A stretch of 57,722 nt of DNA from positions 1 through 57,722 of the forward strand of contig CANFSO010000001.1 in assembly GCA_947449895.1 (NCBI GenBank). Direction: 5' to 3'. The position numbers and the translations under genes were made by a program. The notes beneath the pieces are model-generated. The model was given only the letters and a program-made list of their open reading frames with translations, was not told the origin of the DNA and searched no databases. Positions 30,885 through 40,013 of the stretch are shown one piece after another; position 1 is the stretch's first letter; each line of letters begins with the position of its first letter. This stretch comes from Comamonadaceae bacterium. GTDB taxonomy: Bacteria; Pseudomonadota; Gammaproteobacteria; Burkholderiales; Burkholderiaceae_C.

Positions 30885-31274
30885 ATGACCGCCAGCAACA
30901 GCAGCAACTTTGACAAAGGCCTGATCACTCGCAAAAAGGTGATGGGTGAAGATTTTGTGGCGAAAGCGCTGGGTGGCGCGACTGCTTTCACGCAGCCGAT
31001 TCAAGATCACATCACCGCCAAAGCCTGGGGTGATGTCTGGCAGCGGCCGGGGTTAGACCTCAGAACCCGCAGCTTGATCACCGTTGCCATGCTGACGGCC
31101 ATGGGCAAACAGCACGAGCTGAAAGGCCATGTTCGCGGGGCACTCAACAACGGTGTGACACCTGCCGAACTTCAGGAAGTCTTGTTACAAGCCGCCGTGT
31201 ATTGCGGTGTGCCAGCGTCAGTTGAGGCGTTTCGCACGGCGGCTGAAGTGGTCGACGGACCGAAGGCTGGCTAA
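30885..31274 (+). CDS. Carboxymuconolactone decarboxylase-family protein (PcaC-like)
   Basis: WGDVW.RPGL...TRSLIT, EL..H...ALNNG and YCGVPA; AGGAG RBS. Confidence 0.85.
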   Translation: MTASNSSNFDKGLITRKKVMGEDFVAKALGGATAFTQPIQDHITAKAWGDVWQRPGLDLRTRSLITVAMLTAMGKQHELKGHVRGALNNGVTPAELQEVLLQAAVYCGVPASVEAFRTAAEVVDGPKAG

Positions 31275-31288
31275 AGTTTCATGACGCT

Positions 31289-31705
31289 TCAGTCTTGGGT
31301 GCTGTGGCGGTTCGCCCAAACGGTTTGTTGATGATGGTGTAAGGCCGCTACTTCAGCCCGCAGTGCTCGAATTTCTTTCATCAGTTCACGCTCGATGTCG
31401 CGTTCTTCATGACCCACAAAGACGGCGGCTACCGACGCCGTGACCAGCGACAACACCGCCAGACCCAGTAGCACTACCAGCACCGCAAAAGCGCGGGAGC
31501 TGTGGGTGCTTGGCACGATGTCACCATAGCCGACGGTGGCGGCCGTGGTGAAGGCCAGCCAAAGCCCGTCGCTGAGCGTTTTGACATTGGGTTCAAGGAG
31601 CCAAAAGCCGACGCCGCCCAGCAGCAAAATCGTCAGCGACAGTCCGAGGGGATAGACCAAGCCCCGGCGTGTCAGAAACCGGAAACGCAATTTTGTGTAA
31701 AGCAT
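31289..31705 (-). CDS. Minimal 2-TM potassium channel (KcsA-like)
   Basis: TM1, pore helix, TVGYGD filter, TM2 and a short coiled-coil tail. Confidence 0.85.
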   Translation of the reverse strand: MLYTKLRFRFLTRRGLVYPLGLSLTILLLGGVGFWLLEPNVKTLSDGLWLAFTTAATVGYGDIVPSTHSSRAFAVLVVLLGLAVLSLVTASVAAVFVGHEERDIERELMKEIRALRAEVAALHHHQQTVWANRHSTQD

Positions 31706-31743
31706 TCGTTGACTATAGATCGGCAAAAGGGGTTTCCCTTGAC

Positions 31744-32298
31744 TCAGCCTGCCAACAATTTATGCGCCAAATCTGCCGTTGTTGACGCCTTGTATTTACG
31801 CATCAGGCGTGCCCGATAAATCTCCACCGTTCGGTGGCTGATGGTGAGAGCGCGGCCAATTTCTTTCGAGGTCAATCCGCCCATCAGGTGCGCGGCTACT
31901 TCGCGTTCGCGGGCGGTAAGTTCGGCGGTGACCGGGCGCCGTGAACTCAGATCTTCAAAAGTCCAGATGCCGGCTTCGTGCGGTGCGTCGCGGTTCAGCG
32001 TTCGGCCCGTCACGTGGCACCAAAAGGTCTCGTCTTTGAAGCGGCCGCCGACGCGCTTCATGATGCGGTCGTCTGCATACACCCCGTTGACATTCAAGAT
32101 CGGAGTGAGCCGCGCGCCGATGCGCTCGTACTCGGCATCACTGGGGTAGAGCACCTTGAACGACTGGCCCACCAACTGCTCGCGCGCAGCACCAAACATC
32201 TCACACACATGTTGATTGCAATCGACAATGGTCCGGTTTCGCGACAACACCAAGCCCACGGGTGCCAAGTCAAAAGCCAGTTGGTAATCCATGTCCAT
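31744..32298 (-). CDS. PAS + LuxR-type HTH transcriptional regulator
   Basis: N-terminal PAS domain, then LTAREREV...G.TSKEI...L.IS.RTVE.YR. Confidence 0.9.
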   Translation of the reverse strand: MDMDYQLAFDLAPVGLVLSRNRTIVDCNQHVCEMFGAAREQLVGQSFKVLYPSDAEYERIGARLTPILNVNGVYADDRIMKRVGGRFKDETFWCHVTGRTLNRDAPHEAGIWTFEDLSSRRPVTAELTAREREVAAHLMGGLTSKEIGRALTISHRTVEIYRARLMRKYKASTTADLAHKLLAG

Positions 32299-32318
32299 GG
32301 GGCAAACCTTTAGGGAAA

Positions 32319-32340
32319 ACTACGTAATGCGTTACGTAGT
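32319..32340. promoter_or_regulatory. Perfect inverted repeat, putative operator of the PAS-LuxR regulator
   Basis: ACTACGTAA-TGCG-TTACGTAGT lies between the divergent regulator and CoA-transferase genes. Confidence 0.55.
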
Positions 32341-32400
32341 ATCGTAATGGCTCTGCTGTGCGGCCGATTCACGGCTTTGCAGGGTCAACTGGAGACACTT

Positions 32401-33120
32401 TTGAATAAAATATTTCCCTCGGCTGAAGCCGCCATTCAGGACGTCGTCAAGGACGGTCTGCTGTTGGCTGTCGGTGGTTTTGGCCTGTGCGGTATTCCTG
32501 AAGCGCTGATCGAGGCGCTCAAACAAAGCCAAGTCAAAAACCTCACCGTGATTTCTAATAACGCCGGTGTTGACGGCTTTGGCCTCGGCAAATTGTTAGA
32601 GACGCGGCAGATCAAAAAAATGATTTCAAGCTACGTTGGAGAGAACAAAGAGTTCGAGCGCCAGTACCTCGCCGGCGAGCTGGAGTTGGAGTTCACACCG
32701 CAAGGCACGTTGGCTGAAAAGCTGCGCGCTGGCGGTGCTGGTATTCCTGCGTTTTTCACCAAAACCGGCGTCGGAACCTTGGTCGCTGAAGGCAAAGAAG
32801 TGCGTGAGTTCGATGGCGAAAACTACATCATGGAGCGCTCCTTGATTCCTGATGTCTCGTTTGTCAAAGCGCACACCGCCGACAAGTCAGGCAACTTACG
32901 TTTTCGTTTGACGGCCCGGAACTTCAATCCGGCTGTGGCCATGGCCGGCAAGCTGTGCATTGTCGAGGTCGAGGAAATAGTCGAGCTGGGTGAACTCGCG
33001 CCTGACGACATTCATTTGGCCGGCATTTACGTGCACCGCATCGTGCTCAATGCGAACCCTGAAAAGCGCATTGAAAAACGCACGGTGTCCGCACCGACCA
33101 GCAACCCAACAGGAGCCTGA
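32401..33120 (+). CDS. scoA: 3-oxoacid CoA-transferase subunit A
   Basis: [27 protein letters not shown] and ARNFNP; TTG start after a GGAG RBS. Confidence 0.88.
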   Translation: MNKIFPSAEAAIQDVVKDGLLLAVGGFGLCGIPEALIEALKQSQVKNLTVISNNAGVDGFGLGKLLETRQIKKMISSYVGENKEFERQYLAGELELEFTPQGTLAEKLRAGGAGIPAFFTKTGVGTLVAEGKEVREFDGENYIMERSLIPDVSFVKAHTADKSGNLRFRLTARNFNPAVAMAGKLCIVEVEEIVELGELAPDDIHLAGIYVHRIVLNANPEKRIEKRTVSAPTSNPTGA

Positions 33121-33121
33121 T

Positions 33122-33760
33122 ATGGCGTGGACCCAAGACCAGATGGCCGCCCGTGCGGCCCAAGAACTCGAAGACGGCTTTTATGTCAACCTCGGTATCG
33201 GCATTCCGACGCTGGTGGCTAACTTTGTGTCCAAGGACATCGAAGTCTGGCTGCAGTCTGAAAACGGCATGCTCGGCATCGGTGCTTTCCCGACTGAAGA
33301 CCAAGTTGATGCTGACTTGATCAACGCGGGTAAGCAAACAGTCACCACCATTCCAGGCTCGTCGATCTTCGGCACGCAAGACAGCTTTGCGATGATTCGT
33401 GGCGGCAAGATCAACCTGTCTATCCTTGGCGCCATGCAGGTCAGCGAGCAGGGCGACTTGGCCAACTGGATGATCCCCGGCAAGATGGTCAAAGGCATGG
33501 GCGGTGCCATGGATTTGGTGGCCGGTGTCAAGCGCGTGATCGTGTTGATGGAGCACGTCGCCAAAAAGAAAGACGGCACGGAAGACATGAAAATTCTGAC
33601 CCAATGCACGTTGCCGCTGACAGGCGTTGGCGTGGTCAACCGCATCATCACTGATCTGGCCGTGATGGACGTGACGCCGCAAGGCTTGAAAGTCATCGAG
33701 ATGGCGCCCGGCGTGACGTTGGAGTTGCTGCAATCTAAGACGGGTGTAACGCTGATCTGA
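33122..33760 (+). CDS. scoB: 3-oxoacid CoA-transferase subunit B
   Basis: [13 protein letters not shown] (catalytic Glu), GMGGAMDL and CTLPLTG. Confidence 0.88.
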   Translation: MAWTQDQMAARAAQELEDGFYVNLGIGIPTLVANFVSKDIEVWLQSENGMLGIGAFPTEDQVDADLINAGKQTVTTIPGSSIFGTQDSFAMIRGGKINLSILGAMQVSEQGDLANWMIPGKMVKGMGGAMDLVAGVKRVIVLMEHVAKKKDGTEDMKILTQCTLPLTGVGVVNRIITDLAVMDVTPQGLKVIEMAPGVTLELLQSKTGVTLI

Positions 33761-33782
33761 GTTGACGTTTCAGTCGCCCATT

Positions 33783-33809
33783 AAAAAAGGTCCTTCAGGA
33801 CCTTTTTTT
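33783..33809 (+). terminator. Rho-independent terminator, probably bidirectional
   Basis: AAAAAAGGTCC-TTCA-GGACCTTTTTTT. Confidence 0.85.
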
Positions 33810-33868
33810 CGTTTGCAGCGACGGTAGTTAGCTGATCTAGGGTTTTCCCTAGATAGGGAAAATTGCCC

Positions 33869-33897
33869 TTGACTTGCTAAATTCACGCTGTGATAAT
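33869..33897 (+). promoter_or_regulatory. Sigma-70 promoter of the udh operon
   Basis: TTGACT-N17-GATAAT with an extended TGn before the -10 box. Confidence 0.65.
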
Positions 33898-33906
33898 TTT
33901 CAACTT

Positions 33907-33929
33907 GTCAGACAACTCATGACTGACGT
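33907..33929. promoter_or_regulatory. Putative FadR-family operator, copy 2
   Basis: GTCAGACAACTCATGACTGACGT (palindromic core TTGTCAGACAA) just downstream of the -10 box. Confidence 0.7.
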
Positions 33930-33970
33930 GAAATGAATGTACGAGCCGTAAAAAAATGGGAATGACTCAC

Positions 33971-34780
33971 ATGACGACATTGAAGAGCCACCAAAAGCTA
34001 TTGTTGACTGGGGCCGCAGGGGGGCTGGGTCAAGCATTGCGAGAGCGTCTCAAGGCCAATTGCGATGTCTTGCGTCTGTCTGACCGTGTTGATCTTGGGG
34101 TGGCTGGGCAAAACGAAGAGGTCGTTTTGGCCGATTTGGCCGATGGCGACGCTGTGAACACCATGGTGGCGGGCGTCAATGCCATCATTCACTTGGGCGG
34201 CGTGTCAGTTGAGGGGCCCTTCGAGCCCATCATGCAGGCCAATATTCTGGGTGTTTATCACTTGTATGAGGCCGCACGCAAACATGGCGTCAAGCGAGTG
34301 GTGTTTGCCAGCTCTAACCATGTGACGGGGTTTTATCGCCAGAGCGAAACCATCAACGCCGACCAGCCTGCGCGTCCCGATGGCTTTTACGGGGTCAGCA
34401 AAGCCTTTGGCGAAGACCTGTCGCGTTTCTATTTTGACCGCTACGGCATCGAGACCGCCTGCGTGCGCATTGGCTCTTCGTTGGCTGAGCCGCGGGACCG
34501 CCGCATGCTGGCCAGTTGGCTGAGTTTTGATGACCTGCACCGCCTGATCACGGCTTGTCTGACAACCCCTGTGCTGGGCCACTCCATCATCTTTGGCATG
34601 TCGGACAACGCGGTGACTTGGTGGGACAACAGCAAAGCCCGTCACGTGGGTTATGTGCCGAAAGACAGCTCCGACGTGTTCAAAGACGCCGTCTATGCCC
34701 GCACAGCCGCGCCCGACTTGAACGACCCCGCCGTGCAGTTTCAGGGTGGCGGTTTTGTCAAAGCCGGTCCGTTTCAGTGA
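33971..34780 (+). CDS. udh: Uronate dehydrogenase (NAD-dependent SDR)
   Basis: LLLTGAAGGLG, HLGGVSVE, FASSNH..GFY, RPDG.YG.SK, RIGS and QGG; upstream of a lactonase and a TRAP transporter. Start at 33956, 33962 or 33971. Confidence 0.85.
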   Translation: MTTLKSHQKLLLTGAAGGLGQALRERLKANCDVLRLSDRVDLGVAGQNEEVVLADLADGDAVNTMVAGVNAIIHLGGVSVEGPFEPIMQANILGVYHLYEAARKHGVKRVVFASSNHVTGFYRQSETINADQPARPDGFYGVSKAFGEDLSRFYFDRYGIETACVRIGSSLAEPRDRRMLASWLSFDDLHRLITACLTTPVLGHSIIFGMSDNAVTWWDNSKARHVGYVPKDSSDVFKDAVYARTAAPDLNDPAVQFQGGGFVKAGPFQ

Positions 34781-34811
34781 CTCTTCTCAGTGACGCCCAT
34801 CAGGTGACACC

Positions 34812-35729
34812 ATGAGCACGCAGACTCCCCGCATCTTGACCAACTCGCGCGACCGCGTGGGTGAGTGCCCGGTGTGGTCGGTTGCAGAGCAAGCTTTGTA
34901 TTGGGTGGATATTGAGGGATGCCGTATTCACCGGTTTGACTGGGCCAGTCAGACGCAGCAAACCTGGCACACGCCGGAGCGGGTGGGTTGCATGGCATTG
35001 ACCAGCCGCACGGGTGAGCCACAAACGCTGGTCGCGGCTATGGAAACTGGCATTTATCTGCTCAAGCTAGGGCAGGAGGGCGGCGTCGATGCGACGCTGC
35101 TGGCCGGCGTCAAACATCCCATGCCCAACATGCGTTTCAACGATGGCCGTTGTGACGCCCAAGGTCGTTTTTGGGTCAGCACCATGTGCATGGACATGTC
35201 ACTGGCGGCACCGGTGGGTGCGGTTTATTGCTTTGACGAGGCTGGTTTGAATGAGCTCCAAATAAGCGGTTTTGTGACGCCGAACGGCATGGGCTTCAGC
35301 CCTGACGGCGGTTCTTACTACCTGTCTGACTCTCATCCTTCAATTCAAAAAATTTGGGTGTTCGATCGCGACGCGACAACCGGGGCGCTGTCCCGTCAGC
35401 GCCTGTTCGTCGACATGCTTTCTTTGCCGGGTCGCCCTGATGGCGCGGCAGTTGATGCGACTGGCTGCTATTGGATTTGTGCCAACGACGCGGGCTTGGT
35501 GCATCAGTTCTCTCCGCAAGGCGAGTTGCTTCAATCCGTCAGCGTCCCTGTGTCTAAGCCGGCCATGTGTGCTTTTGGTGGTCCGAACTTAGACGTGCTT
35601 TTTGTGACCTCCATCTTGCCTGCAGGCGTGCAGCCGGAGCACGCTGGCCTGAATGGCGCTGTGTTTGCGCTAGAGGTCGGTGCGCGCGGACTGCCTGAAC
35701 CCGTTTTTTCCCGCTTCACCCTGTGTTGA
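34812..35729 (+). CDS. SMP-30/gluconolactonase-family lactonase
   Basis: GECPVW, RFNDG.CD..GRFW, PNG..FSPDG, PDG..VD and AFGG. Confidence 0.9.
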   Translation: MSTQTPRILTNSRDRVGECPVWSVAEQALYWVDIEGCRIHRFDWASQTQQTWHTPERVGCMALTSRTGEPQTLVAAMETGIYLLKLGQEGGVDATLLAGVKHPMPNMRFNDGRCDAQGRFWVSTMCMDMSLAAPVGAVYCFDEAGLNELQISGFVTPNGMGFSPDGGSYYLSDSHPSIQKIWVFDRDATTGALSRQRLFVDMLSLPGRPDGAAVDATGCYWICANDAGLVHQFSPQGELLQSVSVPVSKPAMCAFGGPNLDVLFVTSILPAGVQPEHAGLNGAVFALEVGARGLPEPVFSRFTLC

Positions 35730-35778
35730 TATTTTTTTCTTTCGGTTCTTAACTCAAATCCACTCTTAAGGAGACATC

Positions 35779-36744
35779 ATGAAATTTCAAAAATCCCTTG
35801 TTGCCGCTGCTGCGTTCGTATTGGCCTGCTCATCTTATGCCACTGAATTCCGCTCCGCAGACACGCACAACGCAGACGACTACCCGACCGTTACGGCGGT
35901 TCGGCACATGAGCGAATTGCTCGAGAAAAAGAGCGGCGGAAAACACAAAATCAAGGTCTTTAACAAGTCTGCCTTGGGAACAGAAAAGGAAACTATCGAC
36001 CAGGTGAAGATCGGTGCCTTGGACCTGACTCGCGTGAACGTCGGTCCGATGAACGCCATCTGCCCGATGACGCAAGTGCCCACCATGCCTTTCTTGTTCC
36101 GTTCGGTGGCGCATATGCGCAAGTCGCTGGATGGCCCCGTGGGTGACGAAATCCTCAAGAGCTGTGAGTCGGCCGGCTTCATTGGTCTGGCCTTTTATGA
36201 CAGCGGCGCCCGCTCCATCTACGCCAAGAAACCCATCAAGACCGTGGCTGACACCAAGGGTATGAAAATCCGGGTCCAGCAGTCTGACCTGTGGGTTGCC
36301 CTGATCAGCGCCATGGGTGCCAACGCCACACCCATGCCCTATGGTGAGGTCTACACCGGTCTGAAGACCGGCTTGATTGATGCAGCCGAGAACAACATCC
36401 CTTCCTTCGACACCGCCAAACACGTCGAAGCCGTCAAGTTCTATTCCAAGACGGAACACTCGATGGCACCAGAAATCTTGGTCATGTCCAAAATCTCATG
36501 GGACAAGTTGCCGAAGGCTGAGCAAGACATGATCCGTGCCGCAGCCAAAGAGTCGGTTGTCTTTGAGCGTCAAAAGTGGGATGAGCAAGAAGCCAAATCA
36601 CTGGCCAACGTCAAGGCCGCTGGCGCGCAAATCGTTGAGGTTGACAAGACTTCCTTCCAAGCCGTCATGGGCCCCGTCTATGACAAGTTCATGACCACGC
36701 CCGACATGAAGCGCTTGGTCAAAACGGTTCAAGACACTAAATAA
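35779..36744 (+). CDS. TRAP transporter substrate-binding protein (DctP family)
   Basis: Signal peptide, [22 protein letters not shown] and TEH. Confidence 0.92.
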   Translation: MKFQKSLVAAAAFVLACSSYATEFRSADTHNADDYPTVTAVRHMSELLEKKSGGKHKIKVFNKSALGTEKETIDQVKIGALDLTRVNVGPMNAICPMTQVPTMPFLFRSVAHMRKSLDGPVGDEILKSCESAGFIGLAFYDSGARSIYAKKPIKTVADTKGMKIRVQQSDLWVALISAMGANATPMPYGEVYTGLKTGLIDAAENNIPSFDTAKHVEAVKFYSKTEHSMAPEILVMSKISWDKLPKAEQDMIRAAAKESVVFERQKWDEQEAKSLANVKAAGAQIVEVDKTSFQAVMGPVYDKFMTTPDMKRLVKTVQDTK

Positions 36745-36817
36745 AAAAATCCAACCCCGACGCTGTATGTCCTGCCTACACAGGCGGGCATCGGTGTGGG
36801 TGCGCGGAGGAACATCA

Positions 36818-37306
36818 ATGTATACAAAATTTTGCATCGCGCTGTCAAAGCTCTGCCTGGTACTCGCCGTGACTTGTTTGATTGCGGTCATTCTGTGCGT
36901 ACAGTGGCAAGTGATCGGACGCTATGTCTTCAACGACACCCCCACCTGGGCCGAAGCTTTGGCCCTGCTGTTGGTCTTGTTTGTGACCGCCTTTGGCTTG
37001 GCTGTGGGCGTGCGTGATGCGGGTCACATTGGCCTGGAATCTTTGGTTGGCTTGTTGCCCGACAAGTGGCAGCACCGTATTGAAATCCTGATTCATTTGC
37101 TGGTTGGCACTTTTGGCGTGCTGATGGTGCAGGGTGGCTGGCTTTGGGCCAGTGCCAAATGGACAGAGAAGAAACCCATGCTTCCCGTGCCCGACGGTAT
37201 TGACTACGTACCGGTGATGATCGCCGGCGCGCTGATTGTGATTTTTTCAATTGAACATGTGATGGCGCTGGTGCGCGGTCAAGTTGTGGAGCCGACATGG
37301 AACTGA
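36818..37306 (+). CDS. TRAP transporter small permease (DctQ family)
   Basis: Four TM segments, QV.GRYVFN..P.W.E and HI motif; GGAGG RBS. Confidence 0.9.
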   Translation: MYTKFCIALSKLCLVLAVTCLIAVILCVQWQVIGRYVFNDTPTWAEALALLLVLFVTAFGLAVGVRDAGHIGLESLVGLLPDKWQHRIEILIHLLVGTFGVLMVQGGWLWASAKWTEKKPMLPVPDGIDYVPVMIAGALIVIFSIEHVMALVRGQVVEPTWN

Positions 37307-38586
37307 CCGTACTCGCCCTGAGCTTCACGCTCTTACTGGTGCTGGGTGTGCCGGTCGCCTTTGCGATCGGCCTGTCTTCTGTGGCTACCATCGTTGCGGC
37401 GGGCCTGCCGATTGCCGTTGTGTTTCAGAAGATGGTCGGGGGCATGCAAGTATTCTCGTTTCTGGCCATTCCGTTTTTTGTATTTGCGGGTGAGCTGATG
37501 CTCTATGGCGGCATTGCGGAACGCATCGTTCGCTTTGCCAACAGCCTAGTCGGCCATGTGAGGGGTGGTCTGGGGATGAGCAACGTTATCGGTTGCACCT
37601 TGTTTGGCGGCGTGGCCGGATCACCCTTGGCTGACGTTTCAGCCATGGGCTCGGTGATGATTCCGTTGATGAAGAAGGAAGGCTATGACGCCGACTACGC
37701 CGTCAACGTCACCACCCATGCGGCGCTGGTGGGCGCCATCATGCCGACCTCGCACAACATGATCATCTTCACGCTGGCCACCTCAGGCATTGCCTCGGTC
37801 AGCGTGTTGAGTTTGATCTTGGCCGGCTTGGTGCCCGCGATCATCCTGACGCTTTGCAACTTGGGTGCGGCCTATTGGGTCGCGGTCAAGCGTGGCTACC
37901 CAACGCGCGGTGCCTTCCCTGGTTGGGGTGAGGTCATGAAGGCCTTTGGGGCTTCACTGCCGGGCTTGCTGGTGGTCGTGATTATTCTGGTCGGTATCCT
38001 GTCCGGCGCCTTCACGGCGACAGAGTCAGCCTCTATCGCAGTGGCTTGGGCGCTGCTGGTCACGGTGGTGCTTTACCGCTCGCTGTCATTGGAAAACTTC
38101 CTCAAAGCTTGTATTAAAGCCTGCAAGACGACCGGCGTGGTGCTGCTGCTGATTGGGATTTCCAATGCGTTTGGTTACTTCATGGCGCTGTACGAGGTAC
38201 CGCAAATGACCGGCGACATGATGAAGTCAGTCAGCAGTCAACCGTGGGTCATCTTCCTGATGATCAACGTCTTGTTGTTCATCCTCGGAACCTTCTTGGA
38301 CATGGCCGCAACGATTCTGATTTGCACGCCGATTTTCTTGCCTATTGCCATGCAATTCGGCATGGACCCGATCCAGTTCGGCATCGTCATGCTGATCAAC
38401 TGCGCACTGGGCTTGAACACGCCGCCGGTCGGCTCGGTGCAGTTTGTCGGCTGCGCCATCGGGGGTATATCGGTCGGCGAAGTGATGCGCTCTATCTTGC
38501 CGTTTTACAGTGCTCTCGGCGTCTGCTTGCTGCTGGTGACCTATGTGCCGATGTTCTCGCTGTGGTTGCCGTCTTTGGTGAAATAA
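37297..38586 (+). CDS. TRAP transporter large permease (DctM family)
   Basis: LAIPFF..AG.LM, GGL, FT.TE and G..TPPVG. Confidence 0.93.
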   Translation: MELTVLALSFTLLLVLGVPVAFAIGLSSVATIVAAGLPIAVVFQKMVGGMQVFSFLAIPFFVFAGELMLYGGIAERIVRFANSLVGHVRGGLGMSNVIGCTLFGGVAGSPLADVSAMGSVMIPLMKKEGYDADYAVNVTTHAALVGAIMPTSHNMIIFTLATSGIASVSVLSLILAGLVPAIILTLCNLGAAYWVAVKRGYPTRGAFPGWGEVMKAFGASLPGLLVVVIILVGILSGAFTATESASIAVAWALLVTVVLYRSLSLENFLKACIKACKTTGVVLLLIGISNAFGYFMALYEVPQMTGDMMKSVSSQPWVIFLMINVLLFILGTFLDMAATILICTPIFLPIAMQFGMDPIQFGIVMLINCALGLNTPPVGSVQFVGCAIGGISVGEVMRSILPFYSALGVCLLLVTYVPMFSLWLPSLVK

Positions 38587-38631
38587 GCCCGAAGGCTGTT
38601 GAGCGTAATCAAGGTCATGCGGTTTGAAAGC

Positions 38632-38656
38632 AAAAAACCAGCCTTGCTGGTTTTTT
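38632..38656 (+). terminator. Bidirectional rho-independent terminator
   Basis: AAAAAACCAGC-CTT-GCTGGTTTTTT. Confidence 0.8.
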
Positions 38657-38679
38657 CAATTGACGGTTGGGGGGTCTAA

Positions 38680-38716
38680 AAGTACCAACAGATATACCAA
38701 CGAAATGTTGGTACTT
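38680..38716. repeat. Inverted repeat resembling integrase arm-type sites
   Basis: AAGTACCAACA (38680-38690) and TGTTGGTACTT (38706-38716), with a third TACCAAC at 38695-38701; about 100 bp from the tRNA 3' end. Confidence 0.6.
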
Positions 38717-38747
38717 CATGAGATACCCTGAAACTGCGTGAGGCAAC

Positions 38748-38780
38748 AAAAAACCCGCTAAGCCTTTAGGCATGCGGGTT
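38748..38780 (-). terminator. Terminator-like hairpin downstream of tRNA-Gly
   Basis: Minus strand AACCCGC...GCGGGTTTTTT. Confidence 0.55.
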
Positions 38781-38814
38781 ATGAGGTGGTTTGAGACGCT
38801 GTGAAATGGGCGTT

Positions 38815-38888
38815 TGGAGCGGATAGAGGGAATCGAACCCTCGTGGCTTGCTTGGGAAGCAAGAACTCTACCATTGAGCTATACCCGC
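38815..38888 (-). tRNA. tRNA-Gly (CCC)
   Basis: 74 nt: GCGGGTA acceptor stem, CTTGC-TTCCCAA-GCAAG anticodon arm, GGTTCGATTCC T arm, and a TCCA end. Confidence 0.95.
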
Positions 38889-38909
38889 ATTGTTTTGCAT
38901 TTTAGCCCG

Positions 38910-40013
38910 TCAAAACATGATGGCGTAACCCAGCGCGGCCCCGAGTCCCAGAAACGGAATCGAATAGGCATGAAACACCAGCCATGCTTTGCGGTCACCG
39001 CTCATGCGCAGGGCGATCAAATTCGCCAGCGAGCCGACCATCAGGCCGAAGCCACCAACATTCACGCCATAAGCGATGACACGCCAGTTGGCTGAGTATT
39101 CAGCCAGTGCGATCGTCGCTGGTACGTTGCTGACTATCTGTGACGCCGCCATGCTGCTGAAGTAAAGATTGACCGGATGTTCTAGGCCAAGTGTCTGCAT
39201 GGTGCCTTGCACGATGTTCAGACTGGCCAGCAAGCGTAAGTCGATGAACATCAAGACAAAGACCAACAGCAAGCCCCAATCAAGAATAGCCAACACACGG
39301 GCACGAAATGCCAGAAAAATCAGCAATACCGCCAGCAAGGCCCATGGCGCATGGCGCATGTCGGTGGCCACCAAAAATGGCAGGTAGAGTGCCAGCGATA
39401 TCCATAGCAGCGGCTGGTCGAGTCGCACAGGCGGGTGCTTGTTGTCATCGCCGACTTGTATCCGTCGGCTGCCGAAGGCGAAAGCCGTCACCAACAGCAG
39501 CACGGCCATCAGCAGCGCCACCAGTGGCAGCATGTGCAGCACAAACTCGCCGAAGGAGACATGCGACAGTTGCCACAAAAAGATGTTTTGGGGATTGCCG
39601 ATGGGCGTCAAAGCCGATCCGGCGTTGACCGCTAGCGCTTCGAAGACGATCAGGCGCGTGGCCGGCATGCGGGTGATGCGGCAAACTCCTAGCGTGAGCG
39701 GCACCACGACGAAGAGCGCTACATCGTTGGTTAGCACGGTGGACAGCAGGGCAGCGGCTGTCACCAGCCACAGCGCAGCGGCGCGCTCGGTCGCCATCAG
39801 TCCGATCAGGCGACGGCCGAGCCAGTGCATGGCGCCGCTGACTTCCAAGCCTTTCGTCAGAACAAGCAGGCCGGTGAGCGCCGCGATCGTCGGCCAGTCG
39901 ACCAAGGCCGGATAGCGCGTTATCTGACTCGGGTCAGCCAGGCTGAGCAAGACCAAAACAGCCAACAGAATCAGGAAGAAAGTGTCTGCGCGCAGACTGC
40001 GCCACAGGCGCAC
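38910..40013 (-). CDS. ArsB/NhaD/SLC13-type anion permease (YbiR-like)
   Basis: Very hydrophobic; LTND, NAGS.LTPIGNPQN, SQ..SNVP and GS.ANLI. Confidence 0.88.
   Translation of the reverse strand: MRLWRSLRADTFFLILLAVLVLLSLADPSQITRYPALVDWPTIAALTGLLVLTKGLEVSGAMHWLGRRLIGLMATERAAALWLVTAAALLSTVLTNDVALFVVVPLTLGVCRITRMPATRLIVFEALAVNAGSALTPIGNPQNIFLWQLSHVSFGEFVLHMLPLVALLMAVLLLVTAFAFGSRRIQVGDDNKHPPVRLDQPLLWISLALYLPFLVATDMRHAPWALLAVLLIFLAFRARVLAILDWGLLLVFVLMFIDLRLLASLNIVQGTMQTLGLEHPVNLYFSSMAASQIVSNVPATIALAEYSANWRVIAYGVNVGGFGLMVGSLANLIALRMSGDRKAWLVFHAYSIPFLGLGAALGYAIMF

Noticed and set aside
38814-39095. 93-aa ORF starting MERIEGIEPS
   Set aside because: It is the translation of the tRNA-Gly antisense strand and the permease 3' end.
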